Assembly (NCBI GenBank): GCA_964560005.1
Contig: CAZLKB010000001.1
Span: 157,216-221,215, forward strand
From: an uncultured Gammaproteobacteria bacterium
GTDB lineage: Bacteria; Patescibacteriota; Patescibacteriia; Patescibacteriales; GWC2-42-12
Direction: 5' to 3'
Length of the DNA: 64,000 nt
Within the stretch, counting starts at the first letter, position 1, and each line of letters starts with the position of its first letter. The notes under the pieces were generated by a model, which was not told the origin of the DNA, did no database searches, and was given only the letters and a program-made list of their open reading frames with translations. A program made the position numbers and the translations under genes. Below are positions 16,753-26,356 of this stretch, piece after piece.

Positions 16753-17247
16753 TTATTTATGTTCTAAAACAGCTAACTGATTAAATCCGAATTGGAATTT
16801 TTTATACTTCTTGATAACCAAACCGTTTTTTTCCGCTAAGGCGTAAATTTCTTTTTTGCGCCAATAATGCTTATGATCCGCTATGTTTTCTTTATAAATA
16901 ACTCCCACAAACGCCATCAATTCTAAGATTGACTTAGCCGTTCTAGTCGGAGTAGTTAAAAAAATTCTGCCGTTTTTTTTTAAAATATTTTTAAATTTTT
17001 TAAAAATTTCAAAAACTTCGGGCAAATCAATATGTTCAATCACTGCCAAACAGACAATGGTATCATATCCGGCACTCTCCATTGTCGAGTGATCATAATT
17101 TACTGCCGAATATTTCCCCTTAACATATTTACCCAACTCACCCCGGTTTCCGCCGAAATCTAAAACATCACCTAATAAAAACGGCCTGACTTGTTTAAAA
17201 CGGTAATTCTGTAAAAATTTATCAATTAATTTTGAGGTGTCCAACAT
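16753..17247 (-). CDS. Class I SAM-dependent methyltransferase
   Basis: VLDFGGNRGELG (motif I-like), DTIVCLAVIEHI, GRIFLTTP. Confidence 0.65.
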   Translation of the reverse strand: MLDTSKLIDKFLQNYRFKQVRPFLLGDVLDFGGNRGELGKYVKGKYSAVNYDHSTMESAGYDTIVCLAVIEHIDLPEVFEIFKKFKNILKKNGRIFLTTPTRTAKSILELMAFVGVIYKENIADHKHYWRKKEIYALAEKNGLVIKKYKKFQFGFNQLAVLEHK

Positions 17248-17411
17248 AAATCTTCCTTAATTTTATCATTAAATGATTTATTTTACTACTTGCCAAAATC
17301 GTTCAAAGACAAAAATTGATTTTTCCCTTAATTCTTGTTATAATTTTTTATATATTTCACCATATTTACATTCGGATAATCGGCATTCGCAGGTGCCGAG
17401 CCTAATTTTCT

Positions 17412-20354
17412 ATGACTATTTCCTATTCTTCCCGCAATATCAAATCGCCCCAAGAGTGGCGCCTAACCAAAAAAAAATATTTTTTAAATAAAAGAAGAAA
17501 AGCTTCGGCCGGTTTTAGTACCGGCGGAAAAATTAAAGAATACTCGGGTAAAAACCATAAGCCATTCAATCGAGCCAAGCTGGCTAAAATATTGTTTTAT
17601 GGATCCTTGGTTTTTATTCTTTTCTGCTTCGGCGCCTATCTTCAACTGACCCGCGACCTGCCCGACCCTAACCGCCTGATTGAGCGCCAAGTGGCTCAAA
17701 GCACAAAAATTTACGACCGCTCCGGCCAAACCGTGCTCTATGACATCCACGGGGCGGAAAAACGCACTATCATCAGCCTGAAAGATGTTCCGGATAACTT
17801 AAAAAACGCCACTATTTCCATAGAGGACAAAGATTTCTATAAACATGGCGGCTTCAGCCCTTGGGCGATTTTTAGAACCCTGGTAACCAATGTGCTCTTC
17901 GGCAAAAAAGCCGGCGGCTCCACCCTGACCCAGCAATTCATAAAAAATTCCATTCTAACCACGGAAAAACTTTATACCAGAAAAATCAAAGAAATTATTT
18001 TAGCCTACCGCTTGGAAAAAAAGTTTTCCAAAGATGAAATTCTGCAGATGTACTTTAACGAAATACCCTACGGCTCAACCGCTTACGGCGTAGAGGCGGC
18101 CAGCCAAAGATATTTCGGCAAAGCGGCGAGCGATTTAAATTTAGCCGAAGCCGCGGTCTTAGCCGCCATTCCCCAGGCGCCCAGCCGCTATTCGCCTTAC
18201 GGGCCGAATAAAGACCTGCTGATCGCGCGCCAGCAATATATTTTGGACTTAATGGTAAAATACGGCTATATTACCAAAGACCAAGCCGAAGAAGCGAAAC
18301 GGACGGAGCTCGCCTTTAAGACGCCGTCCGATAATATGCTGGCGCCGCATTTTGTCATGTACATTAAAGAAATGCTGTCGGATAAATACGGAGAAAAAAT
18401 GCTGGAACAGGGCGGCTTAAAAATTTACACCACCTTGGATTTGTATAAGCAAAATATCGCCGAAGAAGTTATTAAAGAAAAAACCGAACTTAACGAAAAA
18501 AATTATCAAGCCGCTAACGCGGCTTTGGTTTCCCTTGATCCGAAGACCGGACAAGTCTTGGCCATGGTCGGCTCGCGGGATTATTTTAATAATGAAATTG
18601 ACGGCCAGGTAAATGTGGCGCTTCAGCCGCGCCAGCCGGGCTCGTCTTTTAAGCCAATCGTCTACGCCGCTTCGTTCATAAAAGGCTATACGCCGGACAC
18701 CGTGCTTTATGATGTGGTGACCAATTTTTCTACCGACCCGGCCAAGCCCTATGAGCCGCATAACTATGATTCCAAAGAGCACGGCCCGGTAACGATTAGG
18801 CAGGCCTTGGCCGGATCCTTAAATATCCCGGCGGTCAAAACCATTTATTTAACCGGCATTGATAATGTCATCAGCCTGGCGCAAAATTTAGGCTATACAA
18901 CGCTTAACGACAAAAACCGCTTCGGCCTATCCCTGGTCTTGGGCGGCGGCGAAGTAAAGCTTATAGAGCACGCCAACGCTTTCAGCGCTTTCGCGCGCGA
19001 AGGCATTAAACACCCGCTGGCCTTTATTTTAAAAGTGGAAGACAAGGATGGTAAAATCCTGGAAGAATTTAAAAATCAAGACGAGAAAGTCTTAAACGGC
19101 AATACCGCGCGCCAAATTAACAGCGTTCTATCGGATAATAACGCCCGCGCTTATGTTTTCGGCGCCAACAACTCCCTAACGCTCGGCTCCAGGCCGGTAG
19201 CGGCCAAAACCGGCACCACCAACGACTACCGCGACGCCTGGACCATAGGCTATACCCCGTCAATCGTTACCGGCGTCTGGGTGGGCAATAACGACAATAC
19301 GGCGATGAAGCGCGGCGCCGACGGCTCAGTGGTGGCGGCGCCGATCTGGCATGATTATATGAACCGCGTTCTGGGCAATACGCCGATTGAATATTTCAAC
19401 GCGCCTGAATCGGCAAAAACCGGCAAGCCTGTATTGGACGGCGTGATTGACCCGGACACTACCGTAAAAATTGACAAATTCTCCGGATATTTAGCCAATG
19501 AATTTACGCCGCCGAGCGCTATCGTGGAAAAACAATTTAAACAAGTCCATAGTATCCTTTATTATATTGATAAGGATAATCCCGCCGGACCGGCGCCGGC
19601 CGATCCTAAAACCGATCCGCAATTTGACTTATGGGAAAACGCGGTTTCCGCCTGGGCGAAAAAGCAGGGCATAGTTAATTCCGCGCCGCCGACAGAGTTT
19701 GACAATATTCACCGGCCGCAATACCAGCCTATTGTCTCAATAGACTACCCGGCTAATAATCAGACCGTTGAAAATAAAACCCTGGAAGTCAGAATCAGCG
19801 CTCTGGCGACCAGCGGCGTCAGTCGGGCGGAATATTATATTGACGGTTATTTATTTGACACCATAACCGCCTCCCCTTTTAATCTTAGTAAATCCGTAAG
19901 TTTCTTGAATAACGGTTTTCACGGCTTAACCGTCAGGGTTTGCGACGCGGTAGATAATTGCAGCGAACAAAAAATTGAATTTAATTTAACCCAGAATACT
20001 AAGCCGGAAAAAACCGGTATTGGCATTGCTTTAACTCAACCCGCGGCCAACGCCAGTTTTATTAAATATGATTTTCCCTTATTACTAAAAGCCACTCTAA
20101 CCAATCCGGAACAAACCGCCGGCGTTACTTTCTTCTTGCGCGAAGCTTCGGACAATATTAAAACGATCGGGCAAGCCCAGCTTAAAGACGGCTCCGCCCT
20201 TGGCTGGCTTAACGAAATTTTAACTCCCGGCGCTTATAAGCTTTACGCCGAAGCCCACGGCTGGCAGGGCCAAACCGCCAAGAGTAAAGAGATTAATATA
20301 ACCATTAAAGACATGCCGGCAACCGCTACCACCACGCCTGCAATCGCCCAATAG
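17412..20354 (+). CDS. Class A penicillin-binding protein (PBP1A-type transglycosylase/transpeptidase) with C-terminal Ig-like domains
   Basis: GT51 motifs EDKDFYKHGG and GGSTLTQQ; transpeptidase motifs SSFKP, SLN and KTGTT; start codon uncertain. Confidence 0.9.
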   Translation: MTISYSSRNIKSPQEWRLTKKKYFLNKRRKASAGFSTGGKIKEYSGKNHKPFNRAKLAKILFYGSLVFILFCFGAYLQLTRDLPDPNRLIERQVAQSTKIYDRSGQTVLYDIHGAEKRTIISLKDVPDNLKNATISIEDKDFYKHGGFSPWAIFRTLVTNVLFGKKAGGSTLTQQFIKNSILTTEKLYTRKIKEIILAYRLEKKFSKDEILQMYFNEIPYGSTAYGVEAASQRYFGKAASDLNLAEAAVLAAIPQAPSRYSPYGPNKDLLIARQQYILDLMVKYGYITKDQAEEAKRTELAFKTPSDNMLAPHFVMYIKEMLSDKYGEKMLEQGGLKIYTTLDLYKQNIAEEVIKEKTELNEKNYQAANAALVSLDPKTGQVLAMVGSRDYFNNEIDGQVNVALQPRQPGSSFKPIVYAASFIKGYTPDTVLYDVVTNFSTDPAKPYEPHNYDSKEHGPVTIRQALAGSLNIPAVKTIYLTGIDNVISLAQNLGYTTLNDKNRFGLSLVLGGGEVKLIEHANAFSAFAREGIKHPLAFILKVEDKDGKILEEFKNQDEKVLNGNTARQINSVLSDNNARAYVFGANNSLTLGSRPVAAKTGTTNDYRDAWTIGYTPSIVTGVWVGNNDNTAMKRGADGSVVAAPIWHDYMNRVLGNTPIEYFNAPESAKTGKPVLDGVIDPDTTVKIDKFSGYLANEFTPPSAIVEKQFKQVHSILYYIDKDNPAGPAPADPKTDPQFDLWENAVSAWAKKQGIVNSAPPTEFDNIHRPQYQPIVSIDYPANNQTVENKTLEVRISALATSGVSRAEYYIDGYLFDTITASPFNLSKSVSFLNNGFHGLTVRVCDAVDNCSEQKIEFNLTQNTKPEKTGIGIALTQPAANASFIKYDFPLLLKATLTNPEQTAGVTFFLREASDNIKTIGQAQLKDGSALGWLNEILTPGAYKLYAEAHGWQGQTAKSKEINITIKDMPATATTTPAIAQ

Positions 20355-20385
20355 CAAGCATTACCCCTTTGACAAAGGAGGAAAA

Positions 20386-20422
20386 ACAAAAAACCGCCCA
20401 ATCAATCTCGGCGGTTTTTTGT
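20386..20422. terminator. Bidirectional terminator between the convergent PBP1A and dnaN genes
   Basis: acaaaaaaccgcc-caatcaatctc-ggcggttttttgt. Confidence 0.75.
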
Positions 20423-20430
20423 TTATGAAC

Positions 20431-21633
20431 TTATTGCTTTATGGGCATTATAATATACAAATAGCTTTCGTCTTGTTCCGGCCGAATTAGGCAGGGAGTG
20501 TTGCCGTCTATTACTTCAATTTTAACCATCTCTTTTTCAATATTGCTTAATCCCTCAAGCAAGTAGCGATAATTAACCACCATGCTGTTTTCTTCGCCCG
20601 CCACCTTGGCCTGTAAATTAGTGATATTTTCTCCGGTTTGGCCGGAGACCGAGGATATTACCACCTGGTTTTTCCCGGCCGGAAAGTCCAGGTTTATATC
20701 ATTAATACCCGCTTTGGAAAACAAAGAAGCCATTTTTACCGCGCGAATCAATTCTTGGCGGTCAATTATAATTTTAGTCTTGCAATTAGTTGGAATAATT
20801 TGCTTATAATCCGGGTATTGGCCTTCAATCAGGCGAGAAACCAGCTCAACCGAGCCGTAAGTAAATAAAATCTGGTTGTCTGAAATATAAAATTTTATTT
20901 CCCGGCTGTTTTCCTCTACCTCGTCTTCCAGATTTATAGATAAAATTCTTAATAGCTCCTGCAGGGTTTTAGCCGGTACGATAATATTTTTTTCTTCTTG
21001 GCCGCCCGCCTGTGCCGGCGGGTTGGATTTATCCGGCGCTTTCTCTTGGGTGGCGCTGGATTTAATTTGGATTTTTTTCTCTGCCAAGCGATAACTGTCG
21101 GTGGCGGCCAGGGTTAAATAATCACCGGAAAACATAAATAAAACACCGGACAACTCCAGCCTGGTTTCGTTTAACGGAGCGGCAAAGATTACTTGGGAAA
21201 TCGCGTCTTTTAAGGCCGCGGCCTGGGCGCTGAAATAATTCTTCTTTTCCACTTCGGGAATTAAAGGAAAATCTTCAGCCGATTGCCCTTTAATTTTAGC
21301 TTGATAGTTTTCACAGTCAACCAAAATCTCGTTTTCTTTTTGGTTTAATCCTATTTTTTTATTCGGCAGCAAACTTATGCAATCTAAAATAATCTTTGAA
21401 TTAACCGTGAATACGCCCTCGGCCTCAATTTTCCCCCTAACCGCGCTGATTATGCCTATTTCTAAATTGGTCGCGGCTAGTTTTATTTTCCCCTCATCCA
21501 CTTTAATTAAGATATTGTTTAAAATCGGCAAGTTTACATTTTTTCCGGCTATATGGCTTACCAGCGCCAAGCCTTGTTTTAAATTTTCCTGCAAGCTGAA
21601 TATTTTAATTCCGTTAGATTTTTCGTTGTTCAT
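20431..21633 (-). CDS. dnaN: DNA polymerase III beta sliding clamp, with GC-rich in-frame insert
   Basis: 400 aa; LATNLEIGI, SGDYLTLAATDSYRLA, LIEGQYPDYKQIIP and C-terminal YLYIIMPI; extra segment SSATQEKAPDKSNPPAQAGGQEEK. Confidence 0.9.
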   Translation of the reverse strand: MNNEKSNGIKIFSLQENLKQGLALVSHIAGKNVNLPILNNILIKVDEGKIKLAATNLEIGIISAVRGKIEAEGVFTVNSKIILDCISLLPNKKIGLNQKENEILVDCENYQAKIKGQSAEDFPLIPEVEKKNYFSAQAAALKDAISQVIFAAPLNETRLELSGVLFMFSGDYLTLAATDSYRLAEKKIQIKSSATQEKAPDKSNPPAQAGGQEEKNIIVPAKTLQELLRILSINLEDEVEENSREIKFYISDNQILFTYGSVELVSRLIEGQYPDYKQIIPTNCKTKIIIDRQELIRAVKMASLFSKAGINDINLDFPAGKNQVVISSVSGQTGENITNLQAKVAGEENSMVVNYRYLLEGLSNIEKEMVKIEVIDGNTPCLIRPEQDESYLYIIMPIKQ

Positions 21634-21914
21634 ATTTTTTGCCCGCGTAGATTTAAAATCTTAATCTTACGGTTTTATTTTTATTAATTTAAATTAATAA
21701 TATAAATATAAATAAATGATAACAATAATATGCGGGTTGATGGGTTATTATTTAGATAAATTTTAGCTAAAATTATTATTAATTTTTATTTATTGGCTGT
21801 GTTTTGGTTGTTGAAAAGTAAATCAATTTAATGGGCAGAGGGTGTATAAAAACGTGGTTATAAAAATAAAAAATTAAACCTTCAACAACCTAACCACCGC
21901 CAATCACCAAATTA

Positions 21915-23273
21915 TTAACCGTTATAAATCAATTGTTTTATTGAATTGATGTTTTGCTTGGTGCGTTCATCTTCTTCGTATTCTTTAACGACTTTATTAT
22001 AGGCGTGCATGGCGGTAGTATGATCGCGGCCTCCGAGTTCCTGGCCGATTGAAGGATAAGACGAGTTTATTTCTTTTCTCATCAAAAACATGGCGATTTG
22101 CCTGGGGACCACCAATTCTTTTTTTCGGCTTTGCCCGACAATATCTTTTATATTAATATCAAAAAATTTGGAAACCGCTTCAATTATGGTTTTCGCTGTT
22201 GTAGATTTTGATTGAAAATTGGAAATAATGCCGGCCAAAACATTCTTGGTTGAGTCAATTGAAGGTAAAGAATTATTAAATTCATAATAGGCGATTAATC
22301 TATTAAGCGCCCCCTCAAGTTCGCGTATATTACTGGTAATATTATTAGCAATATAAGCCAAAATTTCTTTATCAAGCTTATAATTTTTTTCCTTGCACTT
22401 GGTTTCTAAAATTGCGATTCTGGTTTCAACATCCGGGGCGCCGATATCGGCGATCATGCCCCACTCAAAGCGCGAAAGCAGCCTTTTTTCCAGAGCCGGA
22501 ATAGCTTTGGGCGGGCGATCGGAAGAAATTACAATTTGACGGTTAGTTTGGTGCAGATCATTAAAAGTATGGAAAAATTCTTCTTGCGTGCCGTCTTTGC
22601 CGCCCATAAAATGGATATCGTCAATTAAAAGCAAATCAACATTGCGATAGCGGTCTTTAAAATCTTTGGCTTGGCCGTTTCTGACGGCTTGGATATAATC
22701 GTTGGTGAATTTTTCACAAGAAACATATAATATTTTTTCCGTTTTTTTGGACAATTCATGGCCGATCGCTTGGAGCAAGTGGGTCTTGCCCAAACCAACC
22801 CCGCCATAAATAAAAAGCGGGTTATAGGCGTGCCCGGGGTTGGCCGCCACCGCCTGGCTGGCCGCGTGAGCCAGCTCGTTATTTTTCCCCACGATAAAGC
22901 TGTCGAAAATATAGCGGTTATTTAAGCCAAAGCGGTTGATGGTTTTTGGCTTATTTTCAACGATATTTTCAGTTTTGGCATTTTTAATAAAACTACCGGG
23001 CAAGGCTTCTTTTCTAACCTCAACCTTGTATAAAATTTCTTTTACTTCCAGAGAACTAAGGTTCTTAAAGGCATTGGCAATTTCTTTGTGGTATTTTTTT
23101 TCTAGCCAGGCTTTAGTGAAAGTGTTGGGCACGCAAATAATTATTTGGCCGCCTTCATGGGAAGAGATAAAGGTGTTTTTAAACCAAGTGGTAAAATTAG
23201 CCTTAGATAAGGTTAGCTCGATTTCGCCTAAAACAGCTTGCCAAAGCTGTTCGTTGTTCATAATTTGGGGCAT
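21915..23273 (-). CDS. dnaA: Chromosomal replication initiator DnaA
   Basis: Walker A GGVGLGKTHL, LLIDDIHF, and C-terminal HTH region RDHTTAMHAYNKV. Confidence 0.95.
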   Translation of the reverse strand: MPQIMNNEQLWQAVLGEIELTLSKANFTTWFKNTFISSHEGGQIIICVPNTFTKAWLEKKYHKEIANAFKNLSSLEVKEILYKVEVRKEALPGSFIKNAKTENIVENKPKTINRFGLNNRYIFDSFIVGKNNELAHAASQAVAANPGHAYNPLFIYGGVGLGKTHLLQAIGHELSKKTEKILYVSCEKFTNDYIQAVRNGQAKDFKDRYRNVDLLLIDDIHFMGGKDGTQEEFFHTFNDLHQTNRQIVISSDRPPKAIPALEKRLLSRFEWGMIADIGAPDVETRIAILETKCKEKNYKLDKEILAYIANNITSNIRELEGALNRLIAYYEFNNSLPSIDSTKNVLAGIISNFQSKSTTAKTIIEAVSKFFDINIKDIVGQSRKKELVVPRQIAMFLMRKEINSSYPSIGQELGGRDHTTAMHAYNKVVKEYEEDERTKQNINSIKQLIYNG

Positions 23274-23289
23274 TATGATTGAATGTTAG

Positions 23290-23706
23290 CCAGCCTGGCT
23301 TTAAATATTTTTTCGGCAAAGGACATGTCTTGCCAAGTAAAAAATAAGAATATCGCCTGACTAGATCTATTTAAAAGTAACGAGAAAGCGTTTAATAATA
23401 TAATATTAAGATTTGGTTATTATAACAGTAATAAAAAAAATATCAAACAGTGGATAGTGTTTATAAGCTGTGAATAAATAGTGTAAAAAAACCAATAATA
23501 AATTAATCGGTTAAAAAAACCGGAGAATACTCCCCCGGTTTGACTTAAGGTGTTTTAAATGTTATGTTTTATTACAGAGATGAAAATTTATTATTTGCTT
23601 AAATTCAAATTCAGCATAGAAAAATAATAAATTAATTTCCTTCCGGCGATTAATATATTCCGCCGACTTTTTAGAGCGGATTTATTTAATAAGAACGAAC
23701 TTATCT
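23290..23706. other. Candidate oriC by position (dnaA | rpmH spacer); only degenerate DnaA boxes seen
   Basis: Divergent dnaA(-)/rpmH(+) junction; AT-rich; agtggatag (23449-23457) and tgtgaataa (23469-23477) each deviate from TGTGGATAA. The AT-rich dnaA-dnaN spacer 21634-21914 is an alternative. Confidence 0.3.
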
Positions 23707-23844
23707 ATGCCAAAAAGAACTTATCAGCCGAACAAAAAAAGAGCCAAAAGAAAACACGGCTTTAGAAGACGCATGCTCTCTAAAAACGGGCGGGCGGTTT
23801 TAAAAAGAAGAAAAGCGCGGGGCAGGAAGAGGCTGACTAAATAA
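23707..23844 (+). CDS. rpmH: 50S ribosomal protein L34 (not in the ORF track, 45 aa)
   Basis: Hand translation gives [45 protein letters not shown]; sits directly upstream of rnpA. Confidence 0.9.
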   Translation: MPKRTYQPNKKRAKRKHGFRRRMLSKNGRAVLKRRKARGRKRLTK

Positions 23845-23845
23845 T

Positions 23846-24193
23846 ATGCTTGCCAAGCAATATCGTTTAAGTAAAGAAAAAGATTTTGAAAAAGTTTTTA
23901 AACGCGGCAGAGCTAATTATACCGGGCAGATAGGCGTAAAGACCATAGCCAACCAGTTTAGACATAATCGTTTTGGTATTATAGTAAGCGCTAAAGTCAG
24001 CAAAAAAGCAACGGAAAGGAACAGAATAAAACGGCGAATTAGGCAGGCGCTTAGGCAATTGGATAAAAAGTTAATCGGTGGTTATGACGTTGTAATTATA
24101 GCCTTGCCCGGCCTATTAAACTTGGATTATCAAGCCGTTAAAGGTGGGCTGGAAAGAGTTTTTATAAAATTAAAACTTTTTATTGATCGTTAA
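23846..24193 (+). CDS. rnpA: RNase P protein component
   Basis: [28 protein letters not shown] motif; rpmH-rnpA-yidD-yidC synteny. Confidence 0.9.
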   Translation: MLAKQYRLSKEKDFEKVFKRGRANYTGQIGVKTIANQFRHNRFGIIVSAKVSKKATERNRIKRRIRQALRQLDKKLIGGYDVVIIALPGLLNLDYQAVKGGLERVFIKLKLFIDR

Positions 24194-24446
24194 GACCATG
24201 CTTAAATATTATCCCAGGTTTATCGCGGTAAAATTAATAAGGGTATATCAAAAAACGCTTTCCTTTGATCATGGCGTTTTTAAATTTTTTTACCCAAACG
24301 GTTTTTGCCGGTTTAATCCGACCTGCTCGGAGTACGCGATTCAGGCGTTAGAAAAGTACGGGTTTATAAGAGGGGGTTTTAAGGCGCTTTGGCGCGTCTT
24401 GCGCTGCAACCCGTTTAATCAAGGCGGTTTTGACCCATTAAAATAA
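24183..24446 (+). CDS. yidD: Membrane protein insertion efficiency factor YidD
   Basis: YQKTLS...[19 protein letters not shown]; the start may instead be the Met at 24198. Confidence 0.85.
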   Translation: MIVKTMLKYYPRFIAVKLIRVYQKTLSFDHGVFKFFYPNGFCRFNPTCSEYAIQALEKYGFIRGGFKALWRVLRCNPFNQGGFDPLK

Positions 24447-24464
24447 AGACAACTTATAATTATT

Positions 24465-24610
24465 GTTGGGCGGGAAGATTGGTTTTAAGAGCATGCAAAA
24501 TTGTAACTATTTTTCTCTCAAAATTACTCAATCCAAGTTTAATGGTTAATAATTTTGAGAGAAAAATACACAAATTTTGTCTAAACGAAAAACCAATCTT
24601 CCCGCCCAAC
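24465..24610. repeat. Foldback element family, copy A (inverted relative to B and C)
   Basis: Perfect 22-bp outer stem gttgggcgggaagattggtttt/aaaaccaatcttcccgcccaac; conserved core gcatgcaaaattgt (24491-24504) and caaattttgtctaaacgaa. Confidence 0.75.
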
Positions 24611-24631
24611 TACTTTTAATTAAGCTAATCT

Positions 24632-25348
24632 ATGTTCCAAATTTTCCATCTAGTTTTTTATCAGCCTATCTTAAATTTGCTGGTTTTTTTATATAACATT
24701 ATCCCCGGGCATGATATTGGCTTGGCTATTATCGCCATGACCGTAATTATCAAGTTGATTTTATTGCCCTTATCCAAACAATCCATCAAATCGCAAAAAT
24801 CCTTGCAGACTTTACAGCCTAAAATAGACGAGTTAAAGAAAAAATACGCCAACAATAAGGAAGAATTGGGCCGAGCCATGATGCAGCTGTATAAGCAGGA
24901 AAAAGTAAATCCATTTTCTTCCTGTCTGCCGCTCTTAATCCAACTTCCCTTTCTCTGGGCGGTATTCATAGTTTTTAGGGATGGATTAAACAACCAGGCG
25001 TTGTCCAATATCTATTCCTTTATCAGTAATCCCGGCGTGATTCACCCGATTTCTCTGGGTCTGGTTGATTTGTCAAAGCCCAATATTGTTTTAGCGGTTT
25101 TAGCCGGAGCCGCTCAATTTTGGCAAGCCAAAATGATGGTAACTAAGCGTCCGGAGGTTAAGAGCGCTGGCGCCAAGGACGAAAATATGATGGCCATGAT
25201 GAATAAGCAGATGCTTTATATGATGCCGATTTTAACCGTGGTTATTGGTATGACTTTCCCCGGCGGCCTGGCTCTCTATTGGTTGGTAACTACGGTTTTA
25301 ACCGCCTTGCAGCAGTTGTATTTATTTAAGCAGAAAGATAAAGTATAA
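24632..25348 (+). CDS. yidC: Membrane protein insertase YidC (short form)
   Basis: KLILLPLSKQSIKS, MQLYKQEKVNPFSSCLPLLIQLP, GLALYW. Confidence 0.9.
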   Translation: MFQIFHLVFYQPILNLLVFLYNIIPGHDIGLAIIAMTVIIKLILLPLSKQSIKSQKSLQTLQPKIDELKKKYANNKEELGRAMMQLYKQEKVNPFSSCLPLLIQLPFLWAVFIVFRDGLNNQALSNIYSFISNPGVIHPISLGLVDLSKPNIVLAVLAGAAQFWQAKMMVTKRPEVKSAGAKDENMMAMMNKQMLYMMPILTVVIGMTFPGGLALYWLVTTVLTALQQLYLFKQKDKV

Positions 25349-25383
25349 AACACCCCCTCAGCTAAAGTCTGTGGCTTTTCCGG

Positions 25384-25559
25384 TTAGTAAAAAGCCTTAG
25401 ATTTATTGCTCACTCGAGAAAAATTTAGGGATTTGGCCTAAAATTTCCAACAAAATTTTTATCTGAAACGGCCGAAAGAAAATATTTGTAAGGTAATTTT
25501 AGACCAAATCTAATCCTAAATTTTTCTATGCTCGCAATAAAGCTAAGGCTTTTTACTAA
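25384..25559. repeat. Long (~65-nt arms) locus-specific foldback
   Basis: ttagtaaaaagccttagatttattgc... pairs with ...gcaataaagctaaggctttttactaa; lies between yidC(+) and 25576-26325(-). Confidence 0.7.
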
Positions 25560-25575
25560 TTGTAATTTGTATAGT

Positions 25576-26325
25576 TTAAAAATTTCTATTTTTACCTACG
25601 ATAACATTTAAAGCTTGCTTAACAACCGTAACTTCTACCGGCGCGGGAATAGAGATCGCTCCGTCAAGAATTAACGAAGACCAGGGATTATCAATGGTAA
25701 CTTTTTCAATTTTAAAAATTGATCGGTCGTCTTGCTTAGAAAAAATTTTTTTATTTCCCCGGGCGTTAATGGCTAATTCTAAAATTCCATCATCAGGCGA
25801 AACTTTAACCCCCGGCGGTAAGCTGATGGCCGGGCTGGCTAAATTAAAAATATGAATTAAACCATTTTTTGTAGCCTCAACCGTATAGTCGTTGCTCATG
25901 TTGATTACCGTGCCTTGATTTTCTATGGAAGCATTACCCAAAAAATAGGTATGCTTAGCCAAACCTAGATCCAGTCTGGCTAAGAGTCTGGCCGCTAAGA
26001 CATCGCAGGCGCCATCAGTTGATTCAATACCCAGACTCTTTGCGATATCGTTATTTTCCTCCCCTATCGGTATTATGCCGAGCGGCACGGAATTGCCGAC
26101 CAGAGAATTTATTATCTGATTAACAATTTTGTTGTTGCCAACCGCGATTACGGTTTTAGCCCCCCGCTTTAGTTCATTAATAACGATATCATCTACCTTC
26201 CTGGTTAAACTAAGCCTAGAAATTTTTCCGTTTAAACCCAGGTCGGTTATTCTGGTCTCTATCCGCGCCAGCAGCCGGTCATATTTTTTATGATTCAAAA
26301 AAGAATCGTATATAAAAACATTCAT
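25576..26325 (-). CDS. Diacylglycerol/lipid kinase-family protein (YegS/BmrU-like)
   Basis: DAGK catalytic-domain pattern: VIAVGNNKIVNQIINSL...PLGIIPIGEENNDIAKSLGI. Confidence 0.65.
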   Translation of the reverse strand: MNVFIYDSFLNHKKYDRLLARIETRITDLGLNGKISRLSLTRKVDDIVINELKRGAKTVIAVGNNKIVNQIINSLVGNSVPLGIIPIGEENNDIAKSLGIESTDGACDVLAARLLARLDLGLAKHTYFLGNASIENQGTVINMSNDYTVEATKNGLIHIFNLASPAISLPPGVKVSPDDGILELAINARGNKKIFSKQDDRSIFKIEKVTIDNPWSSLILDGAISIPAPVEVTVVKQALNVIVGKNRNF

Positions 26326-26356
26326 TAGTAGTCGTATAGATATTTAAGTCTTAATT

